From NCBI GenBank assembly GCA_963734545.1, contig CAVTHO010000008.1:736001-800000 (forward strand): a stretch of 64,000 nucleotides of DNA, read 5' to 3'. Origin of the DNA: an uncultured Spirochaetota bacterium. Its GTDB lineage: Bacteria; Spirochaetota; Spirochaetia; SZUA-6; Fen-1364. Under the pieces are notes generated by a model. That model was not told the DNA's origin. It saw only the letters and a program-made list of their open reading frames with translations, and did no database searches. The translations under genes and the position numbers were made by a program. This document shows, piece by piece, positions 38,946 to 46,506 of the stretch. The first letter of the stretch is position 1. Every line of letters begins with the position of its first letter.

Positions 38946-40227
38946 AATCCGACCGCGGCTTTATTTCCTTGAATCCGGTGTAGGCGGCCAGCGCGTCAGG
39001 TATGCGCACGCCGCCGTCCTCTCTCTGGAAGTTCTCCAGCAGGGCAATGAGCGTCCTCGAAACAGCCAGTGCAGTGCCATTGAGGGTGTGCACGAACGGA
39101 TTCCTGCCTCCCCCCTCCTTGTACCGAATGCCCAGGCGCCGTGCCTGGTAGTCCGTGCAGTTCGAAGCGCTCGTGATCTCACCCCACTCGCCCTTCTCTC
39201 CCCTGCCCGGCATCCACGCCTCTATGTCGTACTTCCTGTACGCCGCGCCCCCGAGATCACCCGTGCAGGTGTCCACGATCCGGTAGGGAATCTCCAGGCC
39301 CTGGAAGATCTTCTCCTCTATTCCGATGAGACGGTCCAGCATGGCTTCGGATCCGTCGGGGTGACAATAGACAAACATCTCGACCTTCGTGAACTGGTGC
39401 ACACGGTAGAGGCCCTTGGAGAACTGGCCGGCAGCCCCTGCCTCGCGGCGGAAACAGTGTGAGACGCCCGCATAGCTGAGGGGAAGCTGCTCGGCGGGCA
39501 GCACCTTGCCCGCGTGGTAGCCGCCCAGGGTGATCTCAGCGGTGGCGATCATGCACAGGTCCGTTCCCTCCACTGCGTAGATGTTGCTCTCAGGCCCCCG
39601 AGGATTGAACCCGTGCCCTGCCACGATCTCCTCGCGGGCCAGATCCGGCGTGATCATCGGTGTGAAACCTTCCCGCATCAGCGCATCCAGCGCATAGCGC
39701 ACGAGGGCCAACTCCAGGATCACCGCGTCATTCTTCAGATAGTAGAACTTCTGCCCCGCCACGCGCGCACCGGTCTCGAAGTCGATGAGATCCAGGGACT
39801 GGCCGAGCTGCACGTGGTCACGGGCCGCGAACGAAAAGGAAGGCACGCTGCCCGATGTGCGAAGCTGCCGGTTGCCCGTCTCTCCGTCGGCAATGGGCGC
39901 ATCCGGGTGGGCCATGTTGGGGATCTTGAGCGCCTCTTCGATGAGCTTCTTCTCCGTTTCCTCGTGGCGCCCCTCGATCTCCGCGATGCTCTCCTTGAGC
40001 CGCTTCCCCTCCTCGATGAGGGGCGTGCGCTCCGCCGGAGAGAGCTTTCCCTTCATGCGCTCCGCATTGGCGTTGCGGGAGGCGCGGAGTGTTTCCAGCT
40101 CCTTCAGAAGCTGGTTTCTCTTGTCGTAAAGCTCCACCACCAGGTCCGGGTCGGCGGACACGTGGCGATTCCGCACATTCTCCTTCACCGCATCCACATT
40201 GTCGCGTATGAACTTCAGATCGAGCAT
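38944..40227 (-). CDS. serS: Serine--tRNA ligase
   Basis: MLDLKFIR, TAE, FRREAGAAG, GLYRVHQF.KVE, EITSASNCTDYQARRL, HTLNGT. Confidence 0.97.
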   Translation of the reverse strand: MLDLKFIRDNVDAVKENVRNRHVSADPDLVVELYDKRNQLLKELETLRASRNANAERMKGKLSPAERTPLIEEGKRLKESIAEIEGRHEETEKKLIEEALKIPNMAHPDAPIADGETGNRQLRTSGSVPSFSFAARDHVQLGQSLDLIDFETGARVAGQKFYYLKNDAVILELALVRYALDALMREGFTPMITPDLAREEIVAGHGFNPRGPESNIYAVEGTDLCMIATAEITLGGYHAGKVLPAEQLPLSYAGVSHCFRREAGAAGQFSKGLYRVHQFTKVEMFVYCHPDGSEAMLDRLIGIEEKIFQGLEIPYRIVDTCTGDLGGAAYRKYDIEAWMPGRGEKGEWGEITSASNCTDYQARRLGIRYKEGGGRNPFVHTLNGTALAVSRTLIALLENFQREDGGVRIPDALAAYTGFKEIKPRSD

Positions 40228-40230
40228 GCG

Positions 40231-41019
40231 CTACACCTCCATCTCGGCAGCTTTTCTCGCGGCAGCCTCAACGGCTTCCATCACCGCGGCGGTGAACCCG
40301 CCGCGCTCCAGCGCCCTGACCCCCTGTATGGTCGTGCCGGCGGGCGATATGACCCGGCTTCCAAGCTCGAGGGGATGCGCGCCGTCCTTCAGCAGGCTTG
40401 CCGCGCCTTCCAGGGCCGCCACGGCGACGGACACCGCGGTCTTGTAGTCGAAGCCGGAGGCAACCCCGCCAAGGGCCATGGCATGGACGAAGGCGAACAC
40501 GTAGGCGAGCCCCGATCCGGATACCCCGGTCATCGCGGACATGAGCTTCTCCTGGATTTCCAGGGATGCGCCGAGGGCCGCCGCAATGGCCAGGCAGTCA
40601 TCGCGCATCTCGGGGGCGGCGGCGGGGTGGAAGGACACTCCGACCAGCGACGCGCCCTTGACCGCCGCCAGGCTCGGCATGAACCGCGCCACCTGGTCCG
40701 TCCCAAGAGCGTCCGCGACCGCCTGGATCTTCCTGCCGGCGAGGATGGAGATCACTCTTCTGCCGCGCGATGATTCTCTCACCTCCGCAGCCAGCGCGGC
40801 AAAGTCCTGCGGCTTCACGCAGAGAATGGTGATGTCGCTGCCCTTCAGCACCTCGGCCGCGCTGCGCGCAACCGAGAGCTTCTGCATGCGCGCCGCGGCC
40901 TCGATCCGCTCCCTGCTCACGTCCTGAACAAGGAGCTCGACCTGGGGCAGTTTCCGTGCCAGGCCCAGAGCGAATGCTTCTCCCATGGTCCCAAAGCCGA
41001 CGATCCCGATCCTTTTCAT
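40231..41019 (-). CDS. proC: Pyrroline-5-carboxylate reductase
   Basis: GFGTMG, CVKPQ, RFMP, TGVSGSG, SPAGTTI. Confidence 0.93.
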   Translation of the reverse strand: MKRIGIVGFGTMGEAFALGLARKLPQVELLVQDVSRERIEAAARMQKLSVARSAAEVLKGSDITILCVKPQDFAALAAEVRESSRGRRVISILAGRKIQAVADALGTDQVARFMPSLAAVKGASLVGVSFHPAAAPEMRDDCLAIAAALGASLEIQEKLMSAMTGVSGSGLAYVFAFVHAMALGGVASGFDYKTAVSVAVAALEGAASLLKDGAHPLELGSRVISPAGTTIQGVRALERGGFTAAVMEAVEAAARKAAEMEV

Positions 41020-41097
41020 GGACGGCAGTGTAGCAGTCACGCCGCCAGGCTGTAAAGAAAGGCGGAGCGCGCCGATGCTGTAGCGGGAGAGAGAGAA

Positions 41098-41589
41098 ATG
41101 AAGATCGGTGTGCTGTCAGACAGTCACGACAACCTGCCCAATATCCGCAAGGCAGTGGAACTCTTTTCGAAAAACGGCGTGGAGGCGCTGATCCACGGCG
41201 GGGATTTCTGTTCACCGTTCACCCTCGCCGAGTTCAAGCCGCTATTCGACAAGGGCATCAGGATGCACGCCGTATTCGGGAACAATGACGGCGACAGGGT
41301 GCTTCTCGTGCGCAGGGCGGGGGACTTCTGCACGTTCAGCGACGGCACCTGCATCGTGACGCTGGACGGCAGGAAGATCCTGGTTATGCACTATCCCGAG
41401 CTCGGAGAGGATCTCTTCCGGCTGGGAGCTTATGACCTGGTGATTTACGGTCACAATCACCAGGCGAGGGTGGAGGGCGAAGAAAAGAAACTGCTCAATC
41501 CGGGAACCTGCTCGGGCTATCTGGCGAAATCCGCCACCGTCGCGCTCGTGGATACCCGGACCATGGACGTGGAGATCCTGGGGCTATGA
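41098..41589 (+). CDS. YfcE-family metallophosphoesterase
   Basis: SDSHDN, HGGD, GNND, GHNH, NPG. Confidence 0.92.
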   Translation: MKIGVLSDSHDNLPNIRKAVELFSKNGVEALIHGGDFCSPFTLAEFKPLFDKGIRMHAVFGNNDGDRVLLVRRAGDFCTFSDGTCIVTLDGRKILVMHYPELGEDLFRLGAYDLVIYGHNHQARVEGEEKKLLNPGTCSGYLAKSATVALVDTRTMDVEILGL

Positions 41590-41598
41590 AAAAAGCGC

Positions 41599-41668
41599 TT
41601 GACGAACAGGGTACCCGGCCTTATAAAGAAGGAAAAGGGTTCAAGTTGGATTTCCCGGGTGTCGATAA
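41599..41668 (+). promoter_or_regulatory. Tandem sigma70 and sigma28 promoters of flgM
   Basis: TTGACG-17-TATAAA (41599-41627); TCAAG-15-GTCGATAA (41641-41668). Confidence 0.65.
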
Positions 41669-41690
41669 GGGTATGTGAAAGGAAGGTCCT

Positions 41691-41975
41691 ATGACCGTTG
41701 AGAGAATAGGCCCGCTCGATCCAGCATCGAACGTCAACAAGACCGAGAAGCCCGCGAAGCTGAAAGCCAAGAGCGATGTCGATTCAATCAACGTCTCCGA
41801 GGAGGCACGCTCCAAGGCGGAGGTATTCAAGGCCCTCGAGGCGGCAAAGACCGCCCCTGACGTCCGCATGGACAGGGTGGAAGAGGTCAAGCGGAAGCTC
41901 CAGGACCCTTCCTATCCGTCGCAGGAAGTCATCGAGAAGGCGGCCGACGAGATACTCAAGTCCTTCGGCATATAG
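41691..41975 (+). CDS. flgM: Anti-sigma28 factor FlgM
   Basis: DSINVSEEA, PDVRMDRVEEVK..L...SY; 94 aa; sigma28-like promoter. Confidence 0.85.
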   Translation: MTVERIGPLDPASNVNKTEKPAKLKAKSDVDSINVSEEARSKAEVFKALEAAKTAPDVRMDRVEEVKRKLQDPSYPSQEVIEKAADEILKSFGI

Positions 41976-41987
41976 ACCTGCGCTTCA

Positions 41988-42036
41988 CGGTCGCTCCCTT
42001 CCACCGCGGGTGGAGTTGTGGAGCTGGCGACATTTC
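41988..42036. repeat. CGGTCGC...GGCGACATTTC element carrying a reverse-oriented variant hairpin module
   Basis: Inner CTTCCACCGCGGGTGGAGTT (41998-42017) reads AACTCC-ACC-CGC-GGT-GGAAG on the minus strand. Confidence 0.7.
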
Positions 42037-42049
42037 ATTTTGGGGTCAG

Positions 42050-42083
42050 GCGGAGGTATCCTTCGGGATTCTCCGCTTTTTTT
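42050..42083 (+). terminator. Rho-independent terminator with cUUCGg tetraloop
   Basis: GCGGAG..ATCC-TTCG-GGAT.CTCCGC-TTTTTTT. Confidence 0.85.
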
Positions 42084-42109
42084 TACAGTCGCACGGGGGA
42101 GAGTGAGTT

Positions 42110-43258
42110 ATGCCAGATCTCCTTTTCCACATTCCAACCCGGGTTGTCTTCGGCCTGGATACCATCAACAGGATCGGGCAACTGGTCACGGACTACGGGG
42201 AGAGAGCCTTTCTCGTTACCGAGGCGATCCTCTACGAAGGAAAGGTGATCAACAGGGTCCAGGAGATCCTCGACAAAAAGGGCGTTCCCTACATCGTGTT
42301 CGACGAGGTCGTGCCCAATGCGACCAGCAGGACCGTCGATGACGGGGTGACGCTGGCCCGGGGCTCCCACGCGGACGTGGTGATCGGCCTGGGCGGCGAG
42401 CGCACCCTGTCGATCGCCAAGTCAATCGCCATGACGGCCCCCTCCGAGAGCGACATGGACGATTTCCTTTCCGGCGTCCAGCCCCAGGGCCAGCCGCTCG
42501 CCTACATCGAAGTGCCCACCACGTGCCGGAACCCGTTCATGTTCGGCGACGAGTACCTTGTCGTGGACGGGCGGGATCGGACCGGCAAGATCGGCCGCGC
42601 GCAGAAGGGGATCACCAAAGCGGCGCTCATCGATCCCAAGCTGAGCCTGACCCTGCCGGCCAAATACACGGCAACCACGATCATGGACACCCTGCTCGAC
42701 TGCATCGAAGGGTTCCTTTCCGCAAAGGCCAATTTCCTTTCGGACACGTTTCTCCAGCGGGCCATCGAAACACTGGGAGGGGTGATCAAGGAAGGAATCC
42801 AGAACGTGGACGACATCCGGATGCGGATGAACGCCAGCACGGCGGGACTGCTCATGGGTCTCGGTCTCTCCACGAGCAGGCTCGGTATCGGCTCTGCTCT
42901 CGCATTCGCCATCAACGCGCGTTTCATGTCGCCCAAATCCTGGGTGTCCACCATCTTCCTCCCCTACGTCATGGAGTTCGCACTGAACGTCCGCGGGGAC
43001 CGGATTGCCCAGGTGGCGCGGCTCCTGGGAGAGGATATGAGCGACGCGTCCTCCGTGGAAGCGCCGGTGCGCGCCATCGACGCGGTGCGCAGGGTCATTT
43101 CCTCCCTGGGCCTGCCCACGCGGCTGCGCGAGTTCGACCTTTCCCTTGATGAGATGATCGAGGTGGCGGGGGCCGCGCGCAGCTTCGACATGATGAACTA
43201 CCTGCCCCGCGTGGTTTCCACGGAAGACATCTACGAGCTGATCAAGTCCGCGTTCTGA
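42110..43258 (+). CDS. Iron-containing alcohol dehydrogenase-fold protein (metal ligands degenerate)
   Basis: FHIPTRVVFG, FDEVVPN, VIGLGG, VPTT, ALIDP, LGLPTRLRE. Confidence 0.85.
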   Translation: MPDLLFHIPTRVVFGLDTINRIGQLVTDYGERAFLVTEAILYEGKVINRVQEILDKKGVPYIVFDEVVPNATSRTVDDGVTLARGSHADVVIGLGGERTLSIAKSIAMTAPSESDMDDFLSGVQPQGQPLAYIEVPTTCRNPFMFGDEYLVVDGRDRTGKIGRAQKGITKAALIDPKLSLTLPAKYTATTIMDTLLDCIEGFLSAKANFLSDTFLQRAIETLGGVIKEGIQNVDDIRMRMNASTAGLLMGLGLSTSRLGIGSALAFAINARFMSPKSWVSTIFLPYVMEFALNVRGDRIAQVARLLGEDMSDASSVEAPVRAIDAVRRVISSLGLPTRLREFDLSLDEMIEVAGAARSFDMMNYLPRVVSTEDIYELIKSAF

Positions 43259-43263
43259 TCCCG

Positions 43264-44082
43264 ATGTTTTCCCTTTCAAAGCTCCGCGAGCTTTCTCCTC
43301 GGACCCGGCTTCGAAAGATCCTCCGTCTACTCGAGGCAATCGAGGCGGACCGCGCCGCGGCCGCACCGGACGCGGCATACATAGACGGACTGCTTTCGCT
43401 TCTGTGCGCGCAGGCCCCTGCCGAGGTTGCCGGGCTTGCCGGCGCGCTCCGGTCCCCGGCGGCACATGCCGACGACCCGGAAGCTCTTCTGCGCGGCCTC
43501 AACGCCCTTCGTCATGCGCTGCTGCGCGCCCTGCACGCGGAGCCGGCAGAATGGGACCTGGTGAGCCGGGAAACCGGGCTTCTGGACAGGACCGGAGTGC
43601 ATGTCCTGCCCTTTTCCGTCTACCTGGAAGAGGTACGGTCTCCCTTCAACGTCGGTTCGATTTTCCGCACCGCGGAGGCGTTCGGCGCGGAGCGTATCCT
43701 TCTCTCCCCGCGCACGCCGCCGCCGACCCACCCGAGGGCGGAGAAGACAGCGCGGGGCGCGGTGGGCGCACTGCCCTGGCAAGTGGTCGAGCTGGAATCC
43801 CTGCGCGGGTTGAAAAACGTCTTTGCCCTCGAGCTGGGAGGGACCCCGTTGGAGCGGTTCCGCTTCCCGTCCAGCGGGATTGTGCTGGTGGGATCCGAAG
43901 AGCTGGGTCTGAGCCCCGAAGCGCTCGCGATTGCCGATGCAGGCGCGGGCAGGGTGACCATCCCGCTTGCCGGAGCCAAACGGTCCCTGAACGTTTCCGT
44001 GGCCTTCGGGATCCTCATGCAGGCATGGCGCGACAGTGCGGTCGCTCAACTCCGCGGTGTACCGCGGAAGGGCGACATTTAG
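43264..44082 (+). CDS. TrmH/SpoU-family RNA methyltransferase
   Basis: VRSPFNVGSIFRTA, VGSEELGL, IPLAG..SLNVSVA. Confidence 0.92.
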   Translation: MFSLSKLRELSPRTRLRKILRLLEAIEADRAAAAPDAAYIDGLLSLLCAQAPAEVAGLAGALRSPAAHADDPEALLRGLNALRHALLRALHAEPAEWDLVSRETGLLDRTGVHVLPFSVYLEEVRSPFNVGSIFRTAEAFGAERILLSPRTPPPTHPRAEKTARGAVGALPWQVVELESLRGLKNVFALELGGTPLERFRFPSSGIVLVGSEELGLSPEALAIADAGAGRVTIPLAGAKRSLNVSVAFGILMQAWRDSAVAQLRGVPRKGDI

Positions 44083-44125
44083 GCGGTCGCTCAACTCCGC
44101 GGTGTACCGCGGAAGGGCGACATTT
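44038..44125. repeat. Two identical 43-bp palindromic units (45-bp period), filled form
   Basis: GCGGTCGCTC-AACTCCGCGGTGTACCGCGGAAG-GGCGACATTT twice; the first overlaps the methyltransferase 3' end. Confidence 0.92.
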
Positions 44126-44130
44126 CTGCG

Positions 44131-44469
44131 TCACGCGGGGCTCGTTGATTCGCTGTCCTCTCGGAAGCGTACGCCGCGCCAGGGCTGAAAAGAGAAAAAC
44201 CATCTTTCCTTGTATTGCCAGACCCTCACGCGGCGTCCCTCGGTCATGCGTGCCAGGATGGGCTCCATTGTGTCCATGAGCGAGGGGTGCGCAGTTGCAC
44301 CCGATCCCAGAAGAATAGACCGCGGAAGAAGCGCCGCCAGCTCACGATCAGGCATGTGCGCCTCCATGGTCTCCCCGGAATCCGTTCTGACGACCACCAC
44401 GACCTTCAGCCGCTCCGTCTGAAGCTCCGGGCGGACACTGAGCACGACCCCCCTGGTTCCCTTCTTCAT
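44131..44469 (-). CDS. Hypothetical protein
   Basis: 112-aa ORF with GGGAGG RBS, downstream of the glutaredoxin. Confidence 0.7.
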   Translation of the reverse strand: MKKGTRGVVLSVRPELQTERLKVVVVVRTDSGETMEAHMPDRELAALLPRSILLGSGATAHPSLMDTMEPILARMTEGRRVRVWQYKERWFFSFQPWRGVRFREDSESTSPA

Positions 44470-44506
44470 GACAGGCCTCCCCCATCACTAGAAGGGCCAA
44501 AGGATC

Positions 44507-44737
44507 CTACCGCTTCAGCGCTCTCTCGATCTCGGGCTTGTTGAAGCCGATAATGATCTTCCCGTGCACGTCGATCACGGGAACGCCCATCTGGCCGGAT
44601 TTCCGCACCATCTCGTCTGCCTTGCGCGGGTCAGAGGCCACGTTGTATTCCGTGAACGAAACGTGCGCGGTGCGGAAGAACTCCTTGGCGACCTTGCAGT
44701 ATCCGCAGCTCGGTGTCGTGTAGATTGTGACGGCCAT
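44507..44737 (-). CDS. Glutaredoxin-like protein (YruB/NrdH type)
   Basis: IYTTPSCGYC, SGQMGVPVI, GF. Confidence 0.93.
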   Translation of the reverse strand: MAVTIYTTPSCGYCKVAKEFFRTAHVSFTEYNVASDPRKADEMVRKSGQMGVPVIDVHGKIIIGFNKPEIERALKR

Positions 44738-44874
44738 TGCATTCTCCATTTGCAACAGTGATATCAGTTACATATTGAAAGTAATATATAGGCGATCTGT
44801 TGTCAAGTGGAGGGGGTTCCTCCCGCGCCTGGCGGCGATTCAGCGGATCGGACCCGCCCCACCCGGGCAAGAGC

Positions 44875-46365
44875 CTACTGGAACTTCGAGCGCTGGTCCT
44901 CGAAGAGCTTCGCGAGCTTCTCCTGTATCTTGTTCAGCTGATCTTCGGTCTCGATACCGAAGTCCCTCAGCACGGGAACCTGCAGATGCTCGAACCCGAT
45001 CCGCTCCCTCTCGAGGTCCAGGATGGCGTTGGCAAGGTACACGCAGTACACGATATCGCGATACGCGGCAGGGGCCTGTGTCGGCTCATGATGGTAGCGG
45101 ATGGCGGTGATGAGCTGCTCGGGGAAATTCCACTTCTTCGCAATCAGCGCGCCCACCTCGGCGTGATTGAGACCGACGGAGAAGTTCTCCAGCATCTGCG
45201 CGGGTATCCCCTTCTCCTTGCACACGCGCGTGATTCTCTCCAGCAGGTCGGGATGCAGGGAGGCAATCACGATCTGGCCGAGATCGTGGAGGATGCCGCC
45301 GACGTACACGTCGTCCAGCAGCTCCTTCTTCCGCTTGAAGCTCCGGGCAATGTAGTAGGCGTAGAATGCGCAGCGGTACGAATGCTGCCAGAGGTTGCGC
45401 ATCTCGCTGTACTTCTCTCCCAGGACCTTCTGCGTGCCGTAGGAGTACAGCAGGTTGCGCACGCCCTTTGTGCCCACGAGCTTGACCGCCTCCACGATGT
45501 TGTCCACGCGCTTGGGCAGCATGAACTGGGCCGAGTTGACGAGCTTCAGAAGGTCGGCGGTCATGGAGGGATCCACGCTGATCTCGCGCGCAATGTCCGT
45601 GATCTCCGCGTTGGGATCCGCCGTGAGCCTCTGGAGGTTCAGGATGTTGTCCGGGAACTGCGGGAGGGTCTCGATTTCCCTGACGAGTGTGTGCGTGAGC
45701 GTCTCGAGCTGTTCCATGTGCACTTCGGAGAACGGTATGGTGAGAGTGGCCACCGTTTCGCCGTCCTCGCTGTCGATGGAGAAGCATTCCTCCGTGAGCC
45801 CTATCTTTTTCATCATCAGCACGAGGATCACGATGCCGAGGCCCGCGCCCTCAGAGCTGTCGAGCACGGTGGAGAAAGCTTCTTCCAGCGAAGCGAAGGC
45901 CCGCGAACGCGCAAGCCGGTCGAAGACCCTGATCTGTTCCTTTTTCGTTATCTCGACGTTGTTGCGCACACCGATGCTGAGGGATGTGCCCTTGGTCTGA
46001 AATATCACCTTGATATACATCCCCAGCTCTTTTTGTTTCTGCAGGTAAAACGCGATATTGTCGAACGTCTCCTGCTTGAAATTCTTCATGCCGGATTCGT
46101 AATCCTGGTCGTTATGGAGATCGAGTCCCTTTTCCATGAAATACACACGCTTTGTGTTCGCCTTCTTGGCGTTTACCGCGAGCTCACGGAGGCAGTATGA
46201 AAGCGGCTCCTTGAGCTTCTCCTGGCCGAACTCGGCCAGAAAGCTTTCGAGGACCTTGTCCAGATAGATCTCGGTTTCATGGGGAAGCGTATAAGTCTTG
46301 AATGTCAGGGGGATGGCGTTGTGGGCTGCTCTTTTTATCTGGGCAATATCAATTTCCGTGGACAT
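44875..46365 (-). CDS. HATPase-like N-terminus + HDOD domain signalling protein
   Basis: RELAVNAKKAN, GAGLG; DPSMTADLLKLVNSA, LWQHS, GILHDLG, HAEVGA, WNFP, YHHEP. Confidence 0.88.
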   Translation of the reverse strand: MSTEIDIAQIKRAAHNAIPLTFKTYTLPHETEIYLDKVLESFLAEFGQEKLKEPLSYCLRELAVNAKKANTKRVYFMEKGLDLHNDQDYESGMKNFKQETFDNIAFYLQKQKELGMYIKVIFQTKGTSLSIGVRNNVEITKKEQIRVFDRLARSRAFASLEEAFSTVLDSSEGAGLGIVILVLMMKKIGLTEECFSIDSEDGETVATLTIPFSEVHMEQLETLTHTLVREIETLPQFPDNILNLQRLTADPNAEITDIAREISVDPSMTADLLKLVNSAQFMLPKRVDNIVEAVKLVGTKGVRNLLYSYGTQKVLGEKYSEMRNLWQHSYRCAFYAYYIARSFKRKKELLDDVYVGGILHDLGQIVIASLHPDLLERITRVCKEKGIPAQMLENFSVGLNHAEVGALIAKKWNFPEQLITAIRYHHEPTQAPAAYRDIVYCVYLANAILDLERERIGFEHLQVPVLRDFGIETEDQLNKIQEKLAKLFEDQRSKFQ

Positions 46366-46506
46366 GTAGCCCCCGTGTCGTTTTTCGTTGTCTCAGAAAT
46401 GGTAGCGGATCGACAGTACGCTGTCAAGGACGCCTGTCATTCGCTGCGCCGGGATTGTCGAAACGGGTGAAGGGCATATACTCTTGAGGAAGGAATACAG
46501 ATTGCT

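Noticed and set aside
44038-44125. Integron attC sites (GCTCAAC fits RYYYAAC; GTTAGGC occurs at 20829)
   Set aside because: Units are about 45 bp, shorter than attC; there is no matching GTTRRRY partner, no integrase and no cassette-like gene array
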